The notes below the pieces were generated by a model. The model saw only the letters and a list, made by a program, of their open reading frames with translations, had not been told where the DNA came from and made no database searches. This document shows, one piece after another, positions 49,476 through 56,721 of a stretch of 64,000 nt of DNA. Positions within the stretch are counted from its first letter, which is position 1. The number at the start of each line of letters is the position of its first letter. Origin of the DNA: Myxococcota bacterium (GTDB lineage Bacteria > Myxococcota_A > Polyangia > Polyangiales > Houyiibacteriaceae); assembly GCA_028284955.1 (NCBI GenBank), contig JANQQS010000102.1, forward strand, positions 76,275 through 140,274. The letters are read 5' to 3'. Position numbers and translations under genes: made by a program.

Positions 49476-50069
49476 ATGACGGCGATTCACGTTGCGCAGA
49501 TTGTGCTCGGGGGAGCCGCGGCGTTTGTTGTGGCGGCTCGGGTTCGTGCGCTTGGTTTTCAGGCGCCGCTCGGTGATTCGCGTTCCTCAAGAAGCTCGGA
49601 CTATGTGGGCGCTGTTCGCGCCGCGCACCGACAGGGAGACGAGTCGCGATTGCGGTTCTTACTACGGTCGGGGCAGGCCGCGTGGAGTTCACGTGTTTTG
49701 TCGGCGATCTGCTTCGGTGGCGCTGGAAATGCAGATGAAGAGAGGGCGCTCGACGATGTGGTCCACGAACTTCGGTATGAGGCACGTCGAGGACTGTGGG
49801 TGTTGCGCGGTTTCGCCCGAATCGGCACGCTGACGGCGCTTCTTGGCGCGCTTTGGGAGGTACTCACGGTATCGACCAAAAAGCAGAGCATTCTCGGCTT
49901 GAAGGCAGGGTTTGTGGAAACGGTCGCGATCGAAAACGCAAGCTTGGCGCTCGCTATGGGGATTTCGATTACCGGATTTTGCTGGGCGTGCGCGCATATC
50001 TTGCAGCGCCAGGCGACGCAGCTGCTCGACGAAGTGTTGCGGATGGAGGAAGTACGTGGGCTGGAGTGA
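49476..50069 (+). CDS. 3-TM membrane protein, possibly a degenerate MotA/TolQ/ExbB-family channel subunit
   Basis: The topology is TM1 (res ~5-25), a ~100-aa loop, then TM2 and TM3, as in TolQ/ExbB. 'FARIGTLTALLGALWEVL' resembles the TolQ TM2 'ISPYIGLFGTVWGIM'. 'ASLALAMGISITGFCWACAHILQRQATQL' resembles the TM3 '[29 protein letters not shown]'. I chose the ATG at 49476 because the ORF's upstream 56 aa lie in the repeat region. Confidence 0.4.
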   Translation: MTAIHVAQIVLGGAAAFVVAARVRALGFQAPLGDSRSSRSSDYVGAVRAAHRQGDESRLRFLLRSGQAAWSSRVLSAICFGGAGNADEERALDDVVHELRYEARRGLWVLRGFARIGTLTALLGALWEVLTVSTKKQSILGLKAGFVETVAIENASLALAMGISITGFCWACAHILQRQATQLLDEVLRMEEVRGLE

Positions 50070-50214
50070 AGGGCCGCCCAGACCGCATCGCGCACCATGG
50101 GATGGACCAACACATGCTCCTGATGGTACGTTACGCCGAAACGATCGAAGTCGTTGGGGAACTTTTCCGTGGTACCGGACTCTTATACTTAGTCAGTGAG
50201 GGGAACGCGGCAGG

Positions 50215-51672
50215 ATGAACCAGACACAGGGGCAAAAGGGTCGAGGGTCAAAGCCGGGTGCGATGACCATGGCGATGCAGGCAGTTTCCAAGCCTGCAGG
50301 GCCGAAGGTATTGCGAATCGGCATTATTCAAAGCGGCAAGATCGTCGAAGAACGCATTATTCGGCGTAGAGAGACCGTGTCGGTCGGCACATCAGAAAAG
50401 AACCATTTCATCCTGCACACCGAGGGGCTGCCTTCGCGTTTCGATCTCTTTCAGGTCGTCGGGTCGGATTACATTCTGAATTTCACAGACCAGATGACAG
50501 GTCGCGTAGGACTCCCCGGCGGCGTCCAGCAGCTAGACCAGCTGCGCAGCGGAGGCGGCGCACGCAATGCGGGTTCTCACTTTCAGGTGAAGCTTAGCGA
50601 CACGTCGCGCGGCAAGATCGTCATCGGCGGCATCACGCTGCTTTTTCAGTTTGTGACTCCGCCTCCGGTCACGCCGCGCCCGCAGCTGCCGGCAGCCGCC
50701 CGCGGCGGTTTCGTCAAAGGAATCGACTGGCTCTTCACAGCATTTGTCGTGTTTTCCTACATGACGTTTTTCGGATTCGTGATTTATCTCGAAAATGCGG
50801 ATTGGGAGATTCAGCAAGGGATCGCACAAGTTCCAGAAAGCATGGCTCGACTGATTTTCGAAGAGCCGGTTCCACCTCCCGATGAGCCCGAACCCACCGA
50901 CGAACCAACCGAGGAAGATGCTTCCGAGGAAGCGACCGAGGAGTCGAAGCCGACGCCAACAAAACGCGCCCCCAGCAAAGCCTCGGGTGGAGATAAGAAC
51001 AACGCAGAAGACCCCGCAACGAACGCGGAAGCCAGAGCGCGAATCGCCCAAGAAGCTGCGGCCCAAGCTGAGGCTATGATTCTGGGCGCGTTGGGCGAGG
51101 GAGGCGCTCTTTCGGACGTACTCGCCGGGGGCGCGGTGACCGGCAACGCTGAGGATGTGTTGGCGCAGGCATCGGGTGTGGGCGTGGCTCAAGGTCGATC
51201 CGGGGGAGCCTTGCGCACGCGATCTGGAGGCGGCGGCAGCGGCCAGCAGGGTGGCCTCGGAGGATTGCGCGCGTCGAAAGGTGCGGGTCGAGCGGCCGGC
51301 GAGGGTGGCGAAGTCGTGGAGCGCAGGATTCGCGGAAATATCAAGCTTGAGTCAGGTGGCGATATCGGCGGATCGGGCGATTTTGATAGCGCGCTGGTGG
51401 TCCGGCAGATCCGCAAGCGGATTCGTGCGATTCAGCGGTGTTATGAAACCGAGCTTCGCAAAAATCCAAGTCTCGCAGGTAAGGTAACGGTTCAGTTCAC
51501 GATTCAGGAGCGAGGAAACGTAACCGGAGCGAGGGCGACGCAAAACACCACCGGAAGCGCTGCGGTGGCCTCCTGCGTGACCCGAACAGTCGGTCGTTTT
51601 CGTTTCAATCCCGGCCCTGACGGGGGAAGCGTAAGCTTCAGTTACCCGTTCGTGTTCGCGCCACAAAACTGA
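50215..51672 (+). CDS. GltG/GltJ (PglI/AgmX)-like protein: FHA-like N-domain, TM helix, Pro/Glu-rich linker and AgmX/PglI C-terminal (TonB-C-like) domain
   Basis: The C-terminus is 'LVVRQIRKRIRAIQRCYETELRKNPSLAGKVTVQFTIQERGNVTGA...CVTRTVGRFRFNPGPDGGSVSFSYPFVFAPQ', which is the CYE..L..NP..GKV...YPFVF pattern of the AgmX/PglI domain. The TM helix is 'IDWLFTAFVVFSYMTFFGFVIYL'. The linker includes 'PVPPPDEPEPTDEPTEED'. Confidence 0.8.
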   Translation: MNQTQGQKGRGSKPGAMTMAMQAVSKPAGPKVLRIGIIQSGKIVEERIIRRRETVSVGTSEKNHFILHTEGLPSRFDLFQVVGSDYILNFTDQMTGRVGLPGGVQQLDQLRSGGGARNAGSHFQVKLSDTSRGKIVIGGITLLFQFVTPPPVTPRPQLPAAARGGFVKGIDWLFTAFVVFSYMTFFGFVIYLENADWEIQQGIAQVPESMARLIFEEPVPPPDEPEPTDEPTEEDASEEATEESKPTPTKRAPSKASGGDKNNAEDPATNAEARARIAQEAAAQAEAMILGALGEGGALSDVLAGGAVTGNAEDVLAQASGVGVAQGRSGGALRTRSGGGGSGQQGGLGGLRASKGAGRAAGEGGEVVERRIRGNIKLESGGDIGGSGDFDSALVVRQIRKRIRAIQRCYETELRKNPSLAGKVTVQFTIQERGNVTGARATQNTTGSAAVASCVTRTVGRFRFNPGPDGGSVSFSYPFVFAPQN

Positions 51673-51933
51673 TTTCGCGACGATCGATCGCGGAAGTTCT
51701 CGCTGTACGGTCTTGCCAGGTTCCCGCCACAGTTGGGTATCAATCGTTTTACGTTTGGTAGCTTAGTGTGGGTTTTTGCGGGCGATGTGCGCTGCCGACA
51801 AAGCGCGGGCAGGCTTCGACGGGCCAGCAAACTTCCCCGGTGGTGCTGAATGCCTGCGCGGTGGTACGCAACTGATCCTTTGAATCGCTGTTAATGTTGA
51901 CGTTTTTGTACTGGTCGTGGTCTACCCTGTGCG

Positions 51934-51961
51934 TTGACAGGTAGGTCCGGCTCGGTATACT
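51934..51961 (+). promoter_or_regulatory. Near-consensus sigma70-type promoter (TTGACA, 16 nt spacer, TATACT) upstream of the 51988 gene
   Basis: Read directly in an otherwise GC-rich 316-bp gap. A GAGG Shine-Dalgarno motif lies 7 nt before the ATG at 51988. Confidence 0.45.
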
Positions 51962-51987
51962 CCTGCCCACTCTGACGAGGTTCTGCC

Positions 51988-52620
51988 ATGAACAGACGCA
52001 CGCGCGTCACAATCACGATTTCCGCGATATGCTTGGGTGCCTGGACGCCATTTGCGTTCGGTGTATTCGGCGAAGCATCGGCGCAGGACGGCGTAGCCGG
52101 AACCGAAGGCACAGCCGGCGTTGATGCGTCGACCGACGAAGAAGCAGAAGTCGACGTTCGCAAACGTGCAGACCTAAGCTCGGACGAGCAGCTTCAGGAA
52201 GCGGAGTCGATTGTCCGTCGTGGGGCGCAGATCAGTCGTCGGGTGGCGGCGATGCTCGATCAGTCGCGCCGAGAGCGAGACATTATTCGCGTGACTTGCC
52301 TTGACGATAAGCTTACTCAGGTGAACGCAAACCTCCGGACATCTGAGCAACGGGTCAAGTCGCTCCGCGATGCGTCTGCGGCGAATGATGCGAATCGACG
52401 CAAACATGAGTACACCGTGATCACGGTTCTTGGACAAAAGTTCAACGTGCTAGAGCAGGAAGCGAACCAGTGCGTTGGCCAGGATTTATTTGACACCGGG
52501 GCGACGCGGGTCACAACCGACATTGACCCAGACACGCCCAACGAAGATCCCTCCACGACGCCAGAGCCGCCGCCGCCGCCTGTCCCGTTTATTCCGCCGC
52601 CCGCCAGTCCAGCTGTTTGA
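51988..52620 (+). CDS. Secreted coiled-coil protein with a Pro-rich C-terminus (GltH/NfsH position)
   Basis: The signal peptide is 'ITISAICLGAWTPFAFGVFGEASAQ'. An acidic linker and helical heptads ('DKLTQVNANLRTSEQRVKSLRD') follow. The C-terminus is 'PEPPPPPVPFIPPPASP'. Confidence 0.55.
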   Translation: MNRRTRVTITISAICLGAWTPFAFGVFGEASAQDGVAGTEGTAGVDASTDEEAEVDVRKRADLSSDEQLQEAESIVRRGAQISRRVAAMLDQSRRERDIIRVTCLDDKLTQVNANLRTSEQRVKSLRDASAANDANRRKHEYTVITVLGQKFNVLEQEANQCVGQDLFDTGATRVTTDIDPDTPNEDPSTTPEPPPPPVPFIPPPASPAV

Positions 52621-52705
52621 CGAAAACGCCGACTCCGAGCTTATCGGAAGTACGATCAACTGAAATCGGGTCTACGTAGGCCCCTCTTGGGAAACTTATT
52701 AGTAC

Positions 52706-54070
52706 ATGACTTCAGGCGCCTTGGGTCATCGTAGCCTCGCTTACCACGGGCTTTTGTTTGCCACGACCTTGTTGCTCGCTCTCGCTGGCACGGCGTCATG
52801 GGGTTCTGGTAAGGCGGGCGCTCAAGCGTGGCTCCAAGATCGCGCTCGCGCCGAGGGTCCTGGTTTTCGTTTGGGTCGTCTCGAGTTGCATCCCGGAATC
52901 GGTGCAGAAGCGGGCTACGATTCAAACGTCTTTTTGTCTGATCAAAACGAAGTCGGCAGCGCGATTCTCCGCATCACTCCGCACCTCGACCTTGCGACAC
53001 TTGGTCCCCAACGAACCGACGACTTGGTGGAAGGCGATGAACAGCCGGTGCTCCCCAAGGTTGAGTTCCGAACCGGCGTTTCGGCCTCGCTTTATTACTT
53101 CTTTGACGACGCGCCTCAGAGCAACGTCGGCGTCGATGCGAATATGCGGCTCACGATCATGCCGGAGCGGCCGGTATCGTTCACCATATTCGATACCTAC
53201 TCTCGAAACATTCGCCCGTTCACGGAAGAAGGCGGCGGAAACGACTTTGCCCGAAACCAAAACGACGTCGGCGGCATGTTTACGTTTTCGTCGCGCGGCG
53301 GCGTGTTGACTGCCCGGGCAGGGTACACGCTCCGTGCTGACCTCTTCGAGAGCAACTCGTTCGACTACGCCAACAGTCTCACCCATCGCGGGGAGACAGG
53401 GATTACCTGGAGATTCCTGCCCCAGACGGCTCTCATTCACGATACGAGGGTCGACTATACGGACTACACCAGCAGTGCACCTTCCTCGCTTTTGCTGGGA
53501 GACAACACCCGCTTGCGATCGCGGGTGGGTGTCAATGGCGCACTGACTAAGAAGATTTCGTTTCTTGCCGCGGCGGGTTACGGCGCCGTGTTCATCTCGG
53601 ATGATGCATTTCGCGAGACAGACACCGTCGTGGCTCAAGGAGAGCTTCGCGTTCGTTTCCGGCCAGACTTGCGCTGGGCGTTGGGGTACGACCGTGACAT
53701 CGCCGGTTCCTTCGTAGGAAGTTTTTTCGTTCGAGATCGCGGATACACAAACTTGAATCTGCTCCTTGGAGGAGCATTTCTCCTCGGGGTGGAGGGCTCT
53801 GTATCCTACCTCGATTTCGGTTCTGCGCTTGAACCGGACGGCACCGCGCTTGGCGTAGGCGACACGACCGAACGTACCGATATCGTTGTGCGCGCGTCTT
53901 TGTTCGCGGAATATCGCTTCACCGATTGGCTCGCGATCAATGGGACTTTTGGGTACACCGCGGATTTCACGGACTTCGAGTTCACCCGCGTTGCGGCCAC
54001 CACGACGTTCCCGGACCCGGCCGACTTCCAGAAGTTTGAGGCTTGGTTTGGCGTTCGAGCATTCTACTAG
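52706..54070 (+). CDS. Outer-membrane beta-barrel protein of the polysaccharide-secretion type (Wzp/ExoB/EpsX-like)
   Basis: A signal peptide is present. 'LELHPGIGAEAGYDSNVF' is typical of EPS-associated barrels. Many alternating amphipathic strands follow, and the terminal 'FEAWFGVRAFY' has an aromatic last residue. Confidence 0.7.
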   Translation: MTSGALGHRSLAYHGLLFATTLLLALAGTASWGSGKAGAQAWLQDRARAEGPGFRLGRLELHPGIGAEAGYDSNVFLSDQNEVGSAILRITPHLDLATLGPQRTDDLVEGDEQPVLPKVEFRTGVSASLYYFFDDAPQSNVGVDANMRLTIMPERPVSFTIFDTYSRNIRPFTEEGGGNDFARNQNDVGGMFTFSSRGGVLTARAGYTLRADLFESNSFDYANSLTHRGETGITWRFLPQTALIHDTRVDYTDYTSSAPSSLLLGDNTRLRSRVGVNGALTKKISFLAAAGYGAVFISDDAFRETDTVVAQGELRVRFRPDLRWALGYDRDIAGSFVGSFFVRDRGYTNLNLLLGGAFLLGVEGSVSYLDFGSALEPDGTALGVGDTTERTDIVVRASLFAEYRFTDWLAINGTFGYTADFTDFEFTRVAATTTFPDPADFQKFEAWFGVRAFY

Positions 54071-54650
54071 GCCAATCTGGATTCTCCCGATTCTGGCGAC
54101 GTTTGCGGTCGCGTGTGGGGCGCGGTCGCCGGCGCCGGTGCCTCCGCCTCCGCTCAATGACACGACGCTGGGGTCGGGGGATGTGTTTCAAGTTCGTGTG
54201 TTCGGCGAGAAAGAGCTTTCTAACTCGTACCGCGTGGCTGAGGACGGGACGATTGACTTCCCGCTGATCGGCGCCGTTGAAGTCGCCGGCCTGGAGCCGC
54301 CCGCCGTGGCGAGCGTGATTTCCAATCGATTGCGCACCGCGGGCATATTGCGCGCGCCGCAAGTGTCTGTACTCGTCGAGGAATACAACTCAAAACGGAT
54401 CAGTGTGTTGGGTGCGGTGTCCAAACCGGGGACCTTCCCCATGTCCGCGGGAATGACGGTGGTTCAAGCCATAAGCCTTGCGGGAGGATTCACCCCGCTC
54501 GCCAACCAAGACGACACCGTGGTCACGAGGCGGCTCAACGGAGAGCTTCGTCGCTTTCGGGTTCCGGTCGAAAAGATCTCAGAGGGACGCTCGAGTGACT
54601 TTCCCGTGCGCGCTGGAGATATCGTGTACGTTCCGGAGCGGATATTCTAA
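54048..54650 (+). CDS. Short outer-membrane polysaccharide export (OPX/Wza-family) lipoprotein lacking a C-terminal membrane-spanning helix
   Basis: The Poly_export domain is 'GSGDVFQVRVFGEKELSNSYRVAEDGTIDFPLIGAVEVAGLEPPAVASVISNRL'. One SLBB domain is 'VLGAVSKPGTFPMSAGMTVVQAISLAGG' through 'GDIVYVPERIF-stop'. There is no ATG. I propose the TTG at 54048 (alternative 54036), which gives 'MAFEHSTRPIWILPILATFAVAC' with a lipobox. Confidence 0.8.
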   Translation: MAFEHSTRPIWILPILATFAVACGARSPAPVPPPPLNDTTLGSGDVFQVRVFGEKELSNSYRVAEDGTIDFPLIGAVEVAGLEPPAVASVISNRLRTAGILRAPQVSVLVEEYNSKRISVLGAVSKPGTFPMSAGMTVVQAISLAGGFTPLANQDDTVVTRRLNGELRRFRVPVEKISEGRSSDFPVRAGDIVYVPERIF

Positions 54651-55400
54651 GTGACTGATGGGGCGCCAGAGTCGACCCGCGGAGAAGCGGTTCGGCAGCA
54701 TTTCCTGCAGCCCGATCCGTATCTTTCGGGTCGGTTCAACATCGCTCTCCGCGCAGAGATCATCGCAGAGTTTGTCGGTGAACGGTCTGGATTGTCGGTG
54801 TTGGATATCGGATGCGGTGATGGCTCCCTTTCGCGGCAGTTCCTAGAAGCCGGAAGCCACGTGACCCATCTCGACTTATCGAGCGAGATGCTCAGGCGAG
54901 CCAAGATGAACGTCTCGTCGGACGCCTCCGAGCGCGCTCAGTTTGTTGAAGGGAGCTTTCTCGACCGCAGTCTTACGGAACAACTTTCTCGGAAACGTTT
55001 TGACCTTGTGCTCTGCGTCGGCGTCCTCGCCCACGTCGGAGATCTCGAAACGGCGGCCGCACGCCTCGCCGAGCTTACCGAGGCTGGTGGTCGCGTCATC
55101 GTTCAGTTTAGCGACTACCAACAGCCGTCCTATTGGCCCACTCTGGCATACCAGTTCTTGCGCAATCGAGTTCGAAATCCGTACGGGTACGAGCTTCGGC
55201 CGACTCCAGCGCGGAGAGTGAACAACGCGCTCTCGGCACAAGGGCTCAGGGTTCAAGCAGAACGTCGCTACTGGACGCCGCTCCCGGTTGTTCGACGATT
55301 CGTACCCGACGCGCGCCTTGACGCGTTCCAGCGCTTTACCCTTGAACATACGCTTCTCTCCCGATTCGGCTCGGAAGTCATGTGGCTGATGACGCGGTAA
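54651..55400 (+). CDS. Class I SAM-dependent methyltransferase
   Basis: Motif I is 'VLDIGCGDGSLSRQF', and 'FDLVLCVGVLAHV' follows. The GTG start lies directly after the OPX stop. Confidence 0.8.
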   Translation: MTDGAPESTRGEAVRQHFLQPDPYLSGRFNIALRAEIIAEFVGERSGLSVLDIGCGDGSLSRQFLEAGSHVTHLDLSSEMLRRAKMNVSSDASERAQFVEGSFLDRSLTEQLSRKRFDLVLCVGVLAHVGDLETAAARLAELTEAGGRVIVQFSDYQQPSYWPTLAYQFLRNRVRNPYGYELRPTPARRVNNALSAQGLRVQAERRYWTPLPVVRRFVPDARLDAFQRFTLEHTLLSRFGSEVMWLMTR

Positions 55401-55560
55401 CGATATTCGAAACGTGGTGAGTGCGGTTCGCACGAACAGCTCGGCTGTGGTCGAAAGTCCTCATAGGGAGTTCGGAACATCCGAGAATTCTGAATATTTT
55501 CGTGCGACGACACGTAATGAACGGGCCGGAATGGCGGGCATATTTATTGCTCCCATACTA

Positions 55561-55587
55561 ATGGTGAGCATGGTGAGCATGGTGCGA
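55561..55587 (+). repeat. 9-bp x3 tandem repeat (ATGGTGAGC ATGGTGAGC ATGGTGCGA) at the 5' end of the glycosidase gene
   Basis: Read directly. It creates three in-frame ATG codons ('MVSMVSMVRR'). Confidence 0.85.
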
Positions 55588-56721
55588 AGAGGAGTGTTTT
55601 GGGGTCGGCGTTTCGGCCCGTGGGGTGTCGCTGCAGCTGCGGCAATGACCGTTGCGTCGTCGGCATCCGCGCAGTTCCGAGACGCCGGAATTCCTAACCG
55701 AACGACAGATGCTGGGTTCGAGTTTGATCCCTCGCGCGCAGTAGAAGTCGAAGACGGAATACGCATCAACGGCTGGTTTGACGCGCACGGCGGAATCGAT
55801 CGCACTGAAGGGCGTTCGGAAAATCCCGAACAAATCGCACATGTATTGCGTATCGACCTTCAGTCTCGCGGGCTCAAGTTTTTATCGACGTCTTCGAACG
55901 AAGATTTTGATGGGGAAACGACCAGCCAGACCACTGCAGATTTTCTCAATCGACAGAACCTGCAGGCCGCGATCAACGCAAACCCCTACGATCCGTGTTG
56001 TTCGTTCGGTATGGAGCGCGAAGGAAAAAACCTGGAAGGCTTGGCGATTTCTCGGGGAGTGCTCGTGTCGGACGTCGCCGAATCAGCCTCTGCACCCGGA
56101 GGAGTTTCGCTCTTGATTTCTTCGGATAATCAGGCGCGCATCGAGAACGCGGAAGAGATTTCTGATGTGAGCAACGTGTGGACAGCCGTGTCGGGAGGGC
56201 CGCTCTTGCTCAAAGAAGGCGAGATCAAAGTAGAGGAGGGTGGAGGCCGCGAAGCGCGCTCTGCGGTCGGTCTATCCAGCGATCAACGCTACCTATTCAT
56301 GATGGTCATTGAGCGAAGCAATGACAGTGACGGGGCCAGCGACTATGAAACGGCGCGTTGGCTTCAGCGCTTCGGTGCTTCTGAAGGGCTGGCACTCGAC
56401 AGCGGGGATTCCAGCACGTTGGTGATGGAGCACGAACACGGGGGATCTGACGTTCTCAATTCGCTCACCAGCCAAGAGCGCAGCCATGGAAACAATCTCG
56501 GCGTGTTCGAGGGATCTGAAACCGCCAGCGCTTTCGACCCCTTTCAGAATCCTGCATCGTCCACGTTCCCAACCACCACGACAAGCCGGGGTGGGACGAC
56601 TTCGGGCTGCTCTATTTCGGGTCCTTGGACAGCCGGGGGAGCAAGCGCGCTCGTGATCGCGCTCGTTCCCCTAGTCGCGTTCATGCGGCGACGGTTCGCA
56701 GCGCGTCGACCACTCGATTGA
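55579..56721 (+). CDS. Phosphodiester glycosidase (NAGPA/DUF2233) family protein with a MYXO-CTERM-like sorting tail
   Basis: The signal peptide is 'MVRRGVFWGRRFGPWGVAAAAAMTVASSASAQ'. The family blocks are 'VSGGPLLLKEGE', 'ARSAVGLSSDQRYLFMMVIE' and 'ALDSGDSSTLVME'. The C-terminus is 'GGTTSGCSISGP..ASALVIALVPLVAFMRRRFAARR' (Gly/Cys motif, TM helix, Arg cluster). The start could also be 55531, 55561 or 55570. Confidence 0.75.
   Translation: MVRRGVFWGRRFGPWGVAAAAAMTVASSASAQFRDAGIPNRTTDAGFEFDPSRAVEVEDGIRINGWFDAHGGIDRTEGRSENPEQIAHVLRIDLQSRGLKFLSTSSNEDFDGETTSQTTADFLNRQNLQAAINANPYDPCCSFGMEREGKNLEGLAISRGVLVSDVAESASAPGGVSLLISSDNQARIENAEEISDVSNVWTAVSGGPLLLKEGEIKVEEGGGREARSAVGLSSDQRYLFMMVIERSNDSDGASDYETARWLQRFGASEGLALDSGDSSTLVMEHEHGGSDVLNSLTSQERSHGNNLGVFEGSETASAFDPFQNPASSTFPTTTTSRGGTTSGCSISGPWTAGGASALVIALVPLVAFMRRRFAARRPLD

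Noticed and set aside
49024-49490. ORFs 49024-49479 (+, 151 aa) and 49092-49490 (-, 132 aa) in the gap between the gltF-like and MotA-like genes.
   Set aside because: Both run through the hairpin-rich direct repeats and read as Pro/Arg/Gly junk with no start context. The region is better explained as structured non-coding sequence.
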